The notes under the pieces were generated by a model. That model saw only the letters and a program-made list of their open reading frames with translations. It was not told the origin of the DNA and did no database searches. From Alphaproteobacteria bacterium (lineage in GTDB: Bacteria; Pseudomonadota; Alphaproteobacteria; SP197), in contig OZ245842.1 in NCBI GenBank assembly GCA_965228895.1, forward strand, positions 2,784,001-2,848,000: a DNA stretch of 64,000 nucleotides, read 5' to 3'. Shown piece by piece: positions 31,732 through 40,939 of the stretch. Positions within the stretch are counted from its first letter, which is position 1. Each line of letters opens with the position of its first letter. Both the position numbers and the translations under genes were made by a program.

Positions 31732-32937
31732 ATGCAATCCTACTTAAGAGATCAAATTGACTGGGTACAACCGTTCCCGCCCGAGGAGTACACCGCGCGC
31801 CGCGGCCGGGTGCGCCAGGCGCTCGCAGAGGCCGGGCTCGATGCGATCTATGTGACCAACCCGGCGGACCTTAACTGGCTCACCGGCTACGACATGATCT
31901 GGTTTCACCTGCAGAACCTGACCGGGCTTCTGGTGCGCGCCGACAGCGACGACACCGTCTTTTTCGACGGCGTCGGCCATACCACTATCGTCTCGACCAC
32001 GCCGGAAATACGCGAGGCCGTCATGATCACCCGTGAAGACAACGCGATCGAGATCATCGTCTCGGGCATCGCCGAGCGCGGGTTGGCGAAGGCGAAGATC
32101 GGCGTCCAACCCTGGGGCTACGCGCCGCACGCAACGACATCCGACCAGTTCAAGGCGGCGCTGGAGGCCGGCGGCGCGACGGTCGAAGATCATTCGTTCC
32201 TGGTCGAGCACCAGCGTTTCGTCAAATCGCCGCTGGAGGTCGAGACCGTGCGCAAGGCGTCGGCGATGGCCGATGACGCGATGACCGCCGCGCGTGACGC
32301 GATCGCCGAAGGTGTCATGGAAACCGAATTGGAAGGCATCATCATGGCGTCGATGATGAAGGCCGGCGGCGGTTACCCCGGTATCCGCACCATGATCGGC
32401 ACGGGCCCGCGCGCGGGCACCCACCACAGCCCGCCGCAGCACCGCAAGATCAAACAGGGCGATCTCGTCTTCGTCGACTTCTGCGGTTGCCTGCACCGTT
32501 ACCACGTCAACCTGAACCGAACGTTTTCGCTCGGCGAGCCGGACCCGCGCTGGGCCGACATGATGGACAAGTCCGCCGGCTGCATCGATGCGATCCAGGC
32601 CGCCGTTAAGACCGGCGACATGATGTCGAAGGCGCAGGACGTCGCCGACCACTACATCGATCAGGTCGGCCTCAGGCAGTACGTCTGGTTCGTCGGCGGC
32701 TATTCGCTCGGCATCGCGGTGCCGCCGGACTGGTGCGGCAACCACTGGGTCAAGCCGCGCCTCGACTTCGGCGACCGCGAGCTCGAACCCGGCATGGTCT
32801 TCAACATGGAAAATCAGTTCGACGTCTGGGAAGACTGGCCCGGCGGCTCCGGCGCCGCCTATATCGATACTTTCCTGGTGACCGAAGACGGGTTGGAGGT
32901 GCTGTCGAAACTGCCGCGGAACCTGGTTGTGGTTTAG
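31732..32937 (+). CDS. M24 (pita-bread) hydrolase, creatinase/ectoine-hydrolase-like
   Basis: F..EEY..R, WLTGY, VKSPLE, RYH..L.RT, GYSLG, LEPGMVF; GGAGG RBS. Confidence 0.85.
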   Translation: MQSYLRDQIDWVQPFPPEEYTARRGRVRQALAEAGLDAIYVTNPADLNWLTGYDMIWFHLQNLTGLLVRADSDDTVFFDGVGHTTIVSTTPEIREAVMITREDNAIEIIVSGIAERGLAKAKIGVQPWGYAPHATTSDQFKAALEAGGATVEDHSFLVEHQRFVKSPLEVETVRKASAMADDAMTAARDAIAEGVMETELEGIIMASMMKAGGGYPGIRTMIGTGPRAGTHHSPPQHRKIKQGDLVFVDFCGCLHRYHVNLNRTFSLGEPDPRWADMMDKSAGCIDAIQAAVKTGDMMSKAQDVADHYIDQVGLRQYVWFVGGYSLGIAVPPDWCGNHWVKPRLDFGDRELEPGMVFNMENQFDVWEDWPGGSGAAYIDTFLVTEDGLEVLSKLPRNLVVV

Positions 32938-33073
32938 AGCAGATCCCGTTTTGATGAAATCGCTCCGCGATTTCGTCACGGCAGGTGAATCTGCTCTGCT
33001 CATAGATGGAGAGCGGATTCACATGGCTAGGTAGAGTTGTCCAACGGTTCCACCTAGCCATGATCCGCTCTAG
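32934..33073. repeat. 140-bp bipartite palindromic repeat (CIR/RIME/BRU-RS-like), copy 1
   Basis: TTAGAGCAGATCC...GAATCTGCTCT spacer GAGAGCGGATTC...GATCCGCTCTAG; second copy at 42488-42627. Confidence 0.88.
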
Positions 33074-34038
33074 CGCCAGATACCCTGATCGGCCGCGAAC
33101 CGGTCGGTCGCGGCGACGATGGCCTCGCCGATACCGGCCTCGGACACGGCATGGCCGGCGTTCGGCACGATGACGAGGTCACCGTCAGGCCAGACCTTCG
33201 CGAGGTCCCAGGCCGTCATTAACGGCGCCTCAAGATCGAGGCGGCCCTGCACCATGACGCCTGGAATGCCGACCAAAGCGTCGGTGCCGTTCAGCAACGG
33301 GTCCTCGGCCAGCCATGCGCCGTGGTGGAAGTAGTGCGCGACGATGCGCGCTCTGGCCAAACGGAATTTGGGATCGGCCCAAGTGGGCGATGGTGTGGTA
33401 TCGGGACCGGTGGTCAGCGATCCCTCCCAGTCGTGCCAGTCGTTCGCCGCCCTAAGACGGACCGCCTCATCAGGGTCGTTCAGGAGATGGTGATAGGCCG
33501 TCACAAGATCGCCGCGCGCATGTTCCGCCACGCCCGCCCGAAACCGGTCCCATTCTTCAGGGAACAACGGCGCGATCCCGCGATAGAGCCAATCGATCTC
33601 CGACGCCCGGCACATCGTCACGCCGACAAGAACCAGTGCGGCAACCTCTTCCGGATGTTGTTCGGCATACGCCAGACCGAGGGTGCAGCCCCAGGAATGT
33701 CCGAAGATCAGCCAACGTTCTATGCCGAGGTGCTGGTGAAGACATTCCATGTCGCGCAAAAGATGCGCCGTCGTGTTGACGGCCATGTCACAATCCGGGT
33801 CGCTGGCATGCGGCGTGCTTCGTCCGCAGCCGCGCTGATCGAACAGGATGATCTTGTAGATATCGGGGTCGAAGAAACGCCGCGTTGCCGGCGAGCGTCC
33901 GGAACCAGGTCCGCCGTGAAGCACAACCACGGGCTTGCCGTCGGGCCTACCGCAAGTCTCCCACGCAACCTGGTTGCCGTCGCCGACGTCCAGCAGACCT
34001 TCGGCGTAGGGTTCGGTCAGCGGATAGAGAGTTGCCAT
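33070..34038 (-). CDS. pip: Prolyl aminopeptidase (proline iminopeptidase)
   Basis: LHGGPGSG, FDQRGCGRSTP, GHSWG, QGRLD, AGH. Confidence 0.92.
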   Translation of the reverse strand: MATLYPLTEPYAEGLLDVGDGNQVAWETCGRPDGKPVVVLHGGPGSGRSPATRRFFDPDIYKIILFDQRGCGRSTPHASDPDCDMAVNTTAHLLRDMECLHQHLGIERWLIFGHSWGCTLGLAYAEQHPEEVAALVLVGVTMCRASEIDWLYRGIAPLFPEEWDRFRAGVAEHARGDLVTAYHHLLNDPDEAVRLRAANDWHDWEGSLTTGPDTTPSPTWADPKFRLARARIVAHYFHHGAWLAEDPLLNGTDALVGIPGVMVQGRLDLEAPLMTAWDLAKVWPDGDLVIVPNAGHAVSEAGIGEAIVAATDRFAADQGIWR

Positions 34039-34076
34039 GCCCCGTCCAAACGGCGTCCGTCGTCAGGTCTTGTAAC

Positions 34077-34236
34077 CCCCTCACCCAGCTCCGGCTAGGG
34101 CGCTATCGCACCCAAGCCTTCACATCCCTCTTCCCCACCATCGTGGGGGCGAGGATTAGGTTGGCGGCACACATCGCCCTCTCCCACGGTTTGGGAGAGG
34201 GCGGGCCCCGACGCGAAAGCGGTGGGAGGGTGAGGG
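34077..34236. repeat. Inverted pair of REP-like CCCTCACCC / CCCTCTCCC-GGGAGAGGG elements
   Basis: CCCCTCACCC at 34077; CCCTCTCCCA-cggtt-TGGGAGAGGG at 34177-34201; GGGTGAGGG at 34228. Confidence 0.7.
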
Positions 34237-34250
34237 TTGGTTGACGCGTC

Positions 34251-35096
34251 CTAACTCGTCGGCTGGGCATTGGGGAAGAAGAGTTGTTCGCCATCGATCT
34301 GGAAGGCGGCGATGGCATCCTGACCTTCGGGCGACAGCACCCAGTCGATGAAAGCCTGGCCGTGGTCGACCTTGACGTGGGGGTACATCTGGGGGCTGAC
34401 CAGGATGATGCCGTACTGGTTGAACAGCCGATCATCGCCCTCGACGATGATCTCAAGATCGCCCTTGTTCTGGAACGCCAGCCACGTCGCCCGGTCGGTC
34501 AAGGTGTAAGCGCCCAGACCGCTTGCCGTGTTGAGCGTCGCGCCCATGCCGGAACCTGTCGCGCGGTACCACGGCCGGTCCGCCGGCTCGATGCCCGCCT
34601 CGCCCCACAGGCCAAGTTCCTTCTTGTTGGTGCCGCTGTCGTCGCCGCGCGAGGCGAAGACCGCGCCCTGCTCGGCAATTTGGCCAAGCGCCGACACGAC
34701 GTCGCTTGAACCCGCGATACCGGCGGGGTCGGCGGACGGGCCGACCAGAACGAAGTCGTTGTACATGACGTCGTGACGGCTAATGCCGAACCCTTCGGCA
34801 ACGAATGCCTCTTCCGACGGTTTGTGGTGCACGAAGAGCACGTCCGCATCGCCGTCCCGGGCCTGTTGGATCGCCTTGCCGGTGCCGACCGCGACAACGC
34901 GCACCTGAATGCCGGTCTTCGCCTCGAACATCGGCAACAGATAGGCGAAGAGACCGGAGTTTTCCGTCGACGTGGTCGACGACACGATGATGAAATCTTC
35001 GTCGTCGGCCATGGCGGGCGCCGCCGCCAACAGAGCGGCGGCCGCGAAGGCCAAGACGGTACGGCGTGTCCATGCGCCAACGCGGTCTTTCACCAC
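34251..35096 (-). CDS. tupA: Tungstate ABC transporter substrate-binding protein
   Basis: STTSTENSGL, GTG.A, MYNDF, SRGDDSGT, GMG.TL, DRATW, N.Y. Confidence 0.9.
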   Translation of the reverse strand: MVKDRVGAWTRRTVLAFAAAALLAAAPAMADDEDFIIVSSTTSTENSGLFAYLLPMFEAKTGIQVRVVAVGTGKAIQQARDGDADVLFVHHKPSEEAFVAEGFGISRHDVMYNDFVLVGPSADPAGIAGSSDVVSALGQIAEQGAVFASRGDDSGTNKKELGLWGEAGIEPADRPWYRATGSGMGATLNTASGLGAYTLTDRATWLAFQNKGDLEIIVEGDDRLFNQYGIILVSPQMYPHVKVDHGQAFIDWVLSPEGQDAIAAFQIDGEQLFFPNAQPTS

Positions 35097-35863
35097 AACA
35101 GTTCTCCTCTGATAAACGCGGCCGCTTCGGCCGTCTCGGGTTGATCGAAAAAGGCTTCCGCCGGCTGCTTCTCCAGCAACCGGCCTTGGTGCATGAAGAG
35201 GATCTCGTCGGCCAGACGGCGCGCCTGACCGAGATCGTGGGTGGTCATCACGATCTTGACGCCGGCGCGATGAATCTGAGCGACGATGGTCTCGACCGCG
35301 CGGGTCGCGGTCGGATCGAGGCTCGCTGTCGGTTCGTCCAGGAACAGCACCTGGGGTTCGGTCGCCCAGGCACGCGCCAGGGCCAGGCGCTGCTGCTCAC
35401 CGCCGGACAGCACCCGCGCCGAACGGTCGGCGACCGATGTCAGGCCGGACAGCGCCAACGCGTCGGCGACCCGGGCTCGTCGTGCGTCCCGCGCCATGCC
35501 GTGGCGCTTCAGCGCATAGTCGATATTGGCGGCGGCCGAGCGGCGCAGGTGGACGGGTTTTTGAAACACCATCGCCTGGTGGCGCCGCGCGATGTCCGCC
35601 TGTTCGGTGCCAGCCCAGCTCAAGCTGCCGCTGGTCGGCGAGATGAGCCCGTGACAAAGCCGCAGGAAGAGGCTCTTGCCGGCGCCGTTCGGGCCCAGCA
35701 CGACCGTCCGCGGCCCGCCCCCCAACGTGACCGTGAGATCATCGATCAGGGTCTCGCCCTGGATCCGATAACAGACCGAGCGCGCGGCCAGCGGCAAGGT
35801 CGCCTGCCCCGGCGCCGAGCGTGTCATGGGCGCGCCGACCGCAATGGCGAGGTCCGCGTTCAT
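35090..35863 (-). CDS. tupC: Tungstate ABC transporter ATPase
   Basis: GPNGAGKS, LSGGEQQR, LDEPT; ATGA overlap with tupB. Confidence 0.88.
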   Translation of the reverse strand: MNADLAIAVGAPMTRSAPGQATLPLAARSVCYRIQGETLIDDLTVTLGGGPRTVVLGPNGAGKSLFLRLCHGLISPTSGSLSWAGTEQADIARRHQAMVFQKPVHLRRSAAANIDYALKRHGMARDARRARVADALALSGLTSVADRSARVLSGGEQQRLALARAWATEPQVLFLDEPTASLDPTATRAVETIVAQIHRAGVKIVMTTHDLGQARRLADEILFMHQGRLLEKQPAEAFFDQPETAEAAAFIRGELLW

Positions 35864-36564
35864 GCGTAACCGCGCGACGCCACACCGCGCATGCCCATGG
35901 CGATCGCGTTGACGCCCAGGGTGATCGCCAGCAACACGACGCCCAGGCCCAGCGCCAGGGCGAGGTCGCCGCGGCTGGTCTCCAGCGCGATGGTCGTCGT
36001 CATGACGCGGGTGACGCCGGCGATGTTGCCGCCGACGATCATGACCGCGCCGACCTCGGCACTCGCCCGGCCAAAGCCTGCCAGGATGGCGGTGATCAGA
36101 CTGTAGCGGCCTTCCCACAACAGGGTGAGCGCCAGCCGCCCCTTCCCCACGTTCAGCGAACGCAGCTGTTCGTCATATTCGCCGTGGAGATCGGCAATGG
36201 TCTGGCGGCTCAGCGCGGCGATGATCGGGGTGACCAGAAGGCATTGCGCGATCACCATCGCTTCGGGCGTAAACAGCAGGCCGAGTTCGCCGAGCGGGCC
36301 GGCGCGCGACAGCAGGATATAGATGGCGAGCCCGGCCACCACAGGCGGCAGTCCCATGAAGGCGCTGGTGACGGCAATCAGCGCGCCGCGCCCGGGAAAC
36401 CGTGAGAGCGCCAGCCAGGCACCGAGCGGCAGGCCGATCAAGGCCGCCAGCAACACCGCGGTCAGGCTGACCCGGAGCGACAGGCCGACGATGCCGTAGA
36501 ATGTGGCATCGAAGCCGGTCACAAGAGCCCAGGCATGGGTTAGCGCATCGGTCGAGTCGGTCAT
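35860..36564 (-). CDS. tupB: Tungstate ABC transporter permease
   Basis: GLPPVV.GL, SR.GPLG, GFGRA.AEVGA, GGNI..TR..TT.I. Confidence 0.9.
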   Translation of the reverse strand: MTDSTDALTHAWALVTGFDATFYGIVGLSLRVSLTAVLLAALIGLPLGAWLALSRFPGRGALIAVTSAFMGLPPVVAGLAIYILLSRAGPLGELGLLFTPEAMVIAQCLLVTPIIAALSRQTIADLHGEYDEQLRSLNVGKGRLALTLLWEGRYSLITAILAGFGRASAEVGAVMIVGGNIAGVTRVMTTTIALETSRGDLALALGLGVVLLAITLGVNAIAMGMRGVASRGYA

Positions 36565-36669
36565 GAAGGCCCACAGTCGCCAAACTGTACCTGATGTGCC
36601 CTAGGACATTAGAAGCCTCAATGGACGCAGAAAACAGACAGGATATGCAGGATTGTGCAGCATGCCCGC

Positions 36670-37599
36670 CTACCGCGCGGCAGCCTCGACCTCGGGACAC
36701 GGGCCGATTTCGACCTGAATCGTCGCGTGCTCGACGCCGAAATCGTTCGCCAACGCCTCGCTCACCGCATGGAGGACGTCCTGCTGGTCGGCCTCGTCAC
36801 GGACCCGGACATGCAAGGTCATGACCGGCCGGCCCTCCGTCAGGAGCCAGATATGCAGATGGTGGACGTCCTCGATGGCCGGAATCGCCGCCATCAGGTG
36901 CTCGCGGATACGGGCAGCCTCCATGTCGTCGGGCGTACCCTCGAGCAGAATATGGCCGGCATCGCGCACCAGGCCGACGGCCGTATAGATGATGAGCCCG
37001 CAGATCAGCAGCGACAGCAGCGGATCGATCGGCATCCAGCCAGTGAAGTAGATGATGGTGCCGGCGCCGAGCGCCGCAACAGATCCCAGCAGGTCGCTGA
37101 GCACATGCAGCGAGGCGCCGCGCATGTTGATGCTGCTCCGGTCGCCACGGTGCAGGATGATGAAGCCGACGATGTTGACCAAAAGGCCGAGCGCAGCGAC
37201 GCCCATCATTAGCTCGGATTCGACAGTGACCGGTTCGACGAAGCGCGTGACCGCCTCGATCACGATCCAAATCGTGATGATGACGAGCGCGATACCGTTG
37301 GAGAACGCGGCGATAACCTTGAGCCGATGATAGCCGTAGGAACGTGACGCGTCCGCCGGTCGCCGCCCGATGCGAAACGCGAACCAGGCAAGCGCCAAGG
37401 CACCGGCGTCTGTCAACATGTGCCCGGCATCGGCCAGCAGTGCCAGGGAGCCGGACAACAGGCCGCCGACCACCTCGACAAGCATGAAGCTCGCCGTCAT
37501 GACCAGAACGATCAGCACACGGCGTTCGCTGTCTGCGTCCACGTCGTGGCTGTGGCCGTGACCGTGGTGGTGGCTATGCCCCTTGTGGTCGTGGCTCAT
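36670..37599 (-). CDS. Cation diffusion facilitator (ZitB/CzcD-like)
   Basis: His-rich N-terminus, SLALLADAGHMLTD, LHVLSDLLGS, HHLHIW, HATIQ.E. Confidence 0.92.
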   Translation of the reverse strand: MSHDHKGHSHHHGHGHSHDVDADSERRVLIVLVMTASFMLVEVVGGLLSGSLALLADAGHMLTDAGALALAWFAFRIGRRPADASRSYGYHRLKVIAAFSNGIALVIITIWIVIEAVTRFVEPVTVESELMMGVAALGLLVNIVGFIILHRGDRSSINMRGASLHVLSDLLGSVAALGAGTIIYFTGWMPIDPLLSLLICGLIIYTAVGLVRDAGHILLEGTPDDMEAARIREHLMAAIPAIEDVHHLHIWLLTEGRPVMTLHVRVRDEADQQDVLHAVSEALANDFGVEHATIQVEIGPCPEVEAAAR

Positions 37600-37647
37600 T
37601 GCGGTTCCCGGGACCCGGCTCCGATGCCGGGCCCGAGACTACCATGC

Positions 37648-38373
37648 CTAGGTACTGGCGCCGGAAAACCGTTCGAACAACCGACCGGCGAGCCAGCCCA
37701 GCGCCGCCCAGAAGACGAAAGCCGTCACCAGCGATGCGGCGACAAAATGACCGGCCAGTTCCGGCGGCACGGCGCCGCCTATCTGGGCTGGCTGCGGCGC
37801 ACCGACCACGTGCGGTAGAGCGATCAAGACGATGCCCACAGCCCGCATCCACCACTGGTTGCCCAGGACCAGAAGCCACAAGCCGGCGCCTGTGGCGACG
37901 GCGGCAAACAGCCACCAGACCTGGCGCGCGCCGAGTTCGGCAGCCATGGCGCCCGGCACCTCCGGCGGCAGGCCAAGGGACGGTGCGATGGCGAACGTGG
38001 CAAAACCCGCCATGCCCCACATGACACCGCGCCGCGCATCGACCGGCTTGCCGGCCAAAACGAACCCGGCGACCAGCAGCAACGCGAAGGCGACGCCGGT
38101 CAAGAGGTTGGTGAGCAGGGTATAGAACGACCGCTCGATACCGTCTTGCGGCCCCCAAGCCCCTTCGTCGCCATGCGCTTCATCGCCGTGGGCCAGGATA
38201 AACGTGCCGCCCTCATAGAGGTCGCTCAGGAAAGCATGATCGGCCTCGCCGCCGCCTTCAAACTCCTCGGCGTGCAAAATGATTGGCGTGGTCGTGAATT
38301 CCTGGATCACCGTGATCAGGAAACCCGCCAGCAGCCCCGACAGCAGTGCCGAGGCCAGAACCTTGCGTATCAT
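37648..38373 (-). CDS. cbtA: Cobalt transporter subunit CbtA
   Basis: P.I..AE.FE, W.P.DG.ER, LGLPPE.PG, RQ.WW, LPH..GAP. Confidence 0.92.
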   Translation of the reverse strand: MIRKVLASALLSGLLAGFLITVIQEFTTTPIILHAEEFEGGGEADHAFLSDLYEGGTFILAHGDEAHGDEGAWGPQDGIERSFYTLLTNLLTGVAFALLLVAGFVLAGKPVDARRGVMWGMAGFATFAIAPSLGLPPEVPGAMAAELGARQVWWLFAAVATGAGLWLLVLGNQWWMRAVGIVLIALPHVVGAPQPAQIGGAVPPELAGHFVAASLVTAFVFWAALGWLAGRLFERFSGAST

Positions 38374-38382
38374 GAACCCCTC

Positions 38383-38565
38383 CTAGTGGCAGGGGAACGC
38401 GAAGGCGTGGCGTCCGTCGTGAGCGGCGTTGTGAATCACCTCGGAGCCGGCAAAGCCGACACCCATCAACAGAAATGTTCCCAGAAGCAGTGCGATAACC
38501 GCTGGAATGGCACGCTGGGACAGGCTGTGTGCGGCGATTGAGGTACGTAGAACTTGGTCTGACAT
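38383..38565 (-). CDS. cbtB: Cobalt transporter subunit CbtB
   Basis: One TM helix followed by HNAAHDGRH..AFPCH. Confidence 0.92.
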   Translation of the reverse strand: MSDQVLRTSIAAHSLSQRAIPAVIALLLGTFLLMGVGFAGSEVIHNAAHDGRHAFAFPCH

Positions 38566-38629
38566 GTCACCCTCCGTGAGCGTCGAACCGATCGACAAAA
38601 CCGGCCCGCCCCCAATGGCGAACCGCGTG

Positions 38630-38830
38630 ACGATGGCAGGTCTCCTGGCTAGCGGATCGTCGCTTGATGTCCAGCCTTCCCGGTTTCCCAGTGGCACCGA
38701 TGGACAACACGCTCACCGCCTACAGTTGCGGGGGCAGCCAGGGTTGGAGATCCCCGATGGGGTCGATCTCTTCCCTGTTCCCAATTAATCCCCGGGCTCT
38801 CCTGTCCAGCCCCATGGGGAACCATCTGCG
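38630..38830 (-). promoter_or_regulatory. Cobalamin riboswitch
   Basis: Minus strand GGTTCCC...AATTGGGAACAGGG, GCTGCCCCCGCAACTGT, GCCACTGGGAAACCGGGAAGG, AGCCAGGAGACCTGCC (B12 box), upstream of cbtB. Confidence 0.95.
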
Positions 38831-38858
38831 CGCATCTTGTTGGTGCGGAAGGCGGCTG

Positions 38859-39800
38859 TCAATCGGCGATACGCGGGTTGTGGACACGCCGGCGCCGGGT
38901 CGCAACGACGATGCCGGCGACAATGATGGCGCCGCCGGCGACGTGATAGAGTTCCAAAGGCTCGCCCAGGACCAGCGCCGCAAGGCCAATGGTGTAAGGC
39001 GGGATCAGGTAGAGGAAGACACCAGCGGTGTTGGCGCCGGCAAGGCCTACGCCCAGGGTCCAGGCGCCGAACGCGATCAGAGAACCGAACAACGTGCCAT
39101 AGGCGATCGCCAGGATGGTCTGAAGATCGAAGGTCAAGACCTCGCCCGACGCGAGCTCCCAGCCATAAAACGGCAGGTGGAAGACGGTGCCGAGCGAAGC
39201 CGTCACCATCAGAATTGTGATCGGACGTAGCACACCGGCCAGTTTTTGAATCAGCACGGTATAGAGTGCCCAGATGACGAAGGAGGCGGTGACCAGGAGG
39301 TCGCCCTGGTTCAATTCGAACCGGGCGAGCCCCGTCAAGCTGCCCTCGCTCGCGATCACGACCATGCCGACACCGCCGATGGCGATGCCCGCCCACTGCG
39401 CACGCCGCAACCGTTCGCGCAGCAGGACCCAGGCGACCAGCGCGATCCATAACGGCTCGCTGGTGCTGAGGACGCCGGTGTTGACGGCCGTCGTGTGCTT
39501 GAGGCCGTTGAACAACACGACGGCAAACAGCGCGATGCCAAAAAAGCCGGCCAGCGCCAACGTCACGATGTTGGCGCGCACCGCCGGCCATTCCCGGCGC
39601 AGGTGCGGCCAGGCAAACGGCAAAAGCAGGATGCTGGCAAAAAGCCAGCGCCAGAAGGAAAAGCCGATCACCGGCATCGTCTCGTGCAGGGCACGCACAA
39701 GGATCGTCGACGACGACCACAACAACGGTGCGGTGGCCAGGGCAGCGACGGCAACGAGGCGACTGACTTGCCGCCCGCTTTGCTGATCGTGATCGGTCAT
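38859..39800 (-). CDS. DMT/EamA family transporter
   Basis: About 10 TM helices, TTAVN, GDLL, LGEPL. Confidence 0.87.
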   Translation of the reverse strand: MTDHDQQSGRQVSRLVAVAALATAPLLWSSSTILVRALHETMPVIGFSFWRWLFASILLLPFAWPHLRREWPAVRANIVTLALAGFFGIALFAVVLFNGLKHTTAVNTGVLSTSEPLWIALVAWVLLRERLRRAQWAGIAIGGVGMVVIASEGSLTGLARFELNQGDLLVTASFVIWALYTVLIQKLAGVLRPITILMVTASLGTVFHLPFYGWELASGEVLTFDLQTILAIAYGTLFGSLIAFGAWTLGVGLAGANTAGVFLYLIPPYTIGLAALVLGEPLELYHVAGGAIIVAGIVVATRRRRVHNPRIAD

Positions 39801-39813
39801 GGCCGATCCTGCC

Positions 39814-40800
39814 TCAGCCCCCTGAACCTGCCCAACGAAATTCGCCGTTCGCCAGCAACGCGGCCGCCTGTTCGAAGACATAGGCATGGCGGCGCGCGAT
39901 CAAGGCGACATCGTCGCCATAGCCGCCACCGATCACACAGGCAACCGGTACCCGGCGTTGCGCGCAGGTCTTGAGAACAACTCGTTCGCGGGCCTCAAGA
40001 CCGCCATCGCTTAGCGCCAGCTTGCCGAGCCGGTCGTCGGCATGGGCATCGATGCCGGCGACATAGATAACGAGATCCGGCGCAACACGATCGATCAGGG
40101 GCCCTAGTTGCTCGTGCAAGACCGCCAAATAGGCATCGTCGCCGGTCCCAGGCTCAAGCGCGATGTCCAGATCGCCTACCTGCTTGCGCACCGGAAAGTT
40201 GACGCCGCAATGGACGGAAAAGGTGAAAACACTGTCGTCGCCGACAAACGCCGCCGCCGTGCCGTCGCCTTGATGCACATCAAGGTCGACGACCAACACC
40301 TGGCGGACCAGTCCTTCGCGCTGCATCATGCGTGCGGCGACCGCGACATCGTTGAAGACACAAAAACCGGCACCGTAGCCTGGAAACGCATGATGGCTGC
40401 CACCGGCGGTGTTGCAGGCGACGCCGACTTTAAGCGCCGCCCGTGCCGTTATGATGGTGCCCGCAACCGCACGGCGCGAGCGCTGCGCCATTTCCGGGGT
40501 CACCGGGACGCCGATGCGCCGCAGGGCCTGCTCGTCCAAAGTCTGGCTCAACACCGCCTCGACATAGCCGGGTTCGTGAACCAGACCGAGCACACGGCGC
40601 GACACCAGACCGGGTTTGAGCACGGTTTCCGGGCTCGCCAGGCCCAGTTCTGTGACCTTTTCCAGCAACAGCGCGAACTTGGTCATGGGAAAGCGATGCC
40701 CCGCAGGAAGCGGCGCGACATAGTCTTTATGGGCAACAACCGGCAGAAAACGCCGCTTCACATTCGTGTCAAATGCCACCAAGACTGCATCCCCTGTCAT
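39814..40800 (-). CDS. Histone deacetylase family (class IV-like) amidohydrolase
   Basis: HRFPM.KF, GGSHHA, GFC.FND, DLDVHQGDGT, D.LG.L, GGGY. Confidence 0.93.
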   Translation of the reverse strand: MTGDAVLVAFDTNVKRRFLPVVAHKDYVAPLPAGHRFPMTKFALLLEKVTELGLASPETVLKPGLVSRRVLGLVHEPGYVEAVLSQTLDEQALRRIGVPVTPEMAQRSRRAVAGTIITARAALKVGVACNTAGGSHHAFPGYGAGFCVFNDVAVAARMMQREGLVRQVLVVDLDVHQGDGTAAAFVGDDSVFTFSVHCGVNFPVRKQVGDLDIALEPGTGDDAYLAVLHEQLGPLIDRVAPDLVIYVAGIDAHADDRLGKLALSDGGLEARERVVLKTCAQRRVPVACVIGGGYGDDVALIARRHAYVFEQAAALLANGEFRWAGSGG

Positions 40801-40939
40801 CGGTTCCGCGTAATAGAATAGAACCAGGAACCGGCGCGCCCGGCTTCGGCCACAGTCGTGCCGTTTCCTCGCGCCAAGCCGACAGGTCCCTGTTGATGGG
40901 GCGCCGACGTGCCAGACTATCTAGCTGGAGAAAGACGCG

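Noticed and set aside
38383-38697. 104-aa extended CbtB
   Set aside because: The extension runs through the riboswitch; ATG 38565 has a GGAGG RBS
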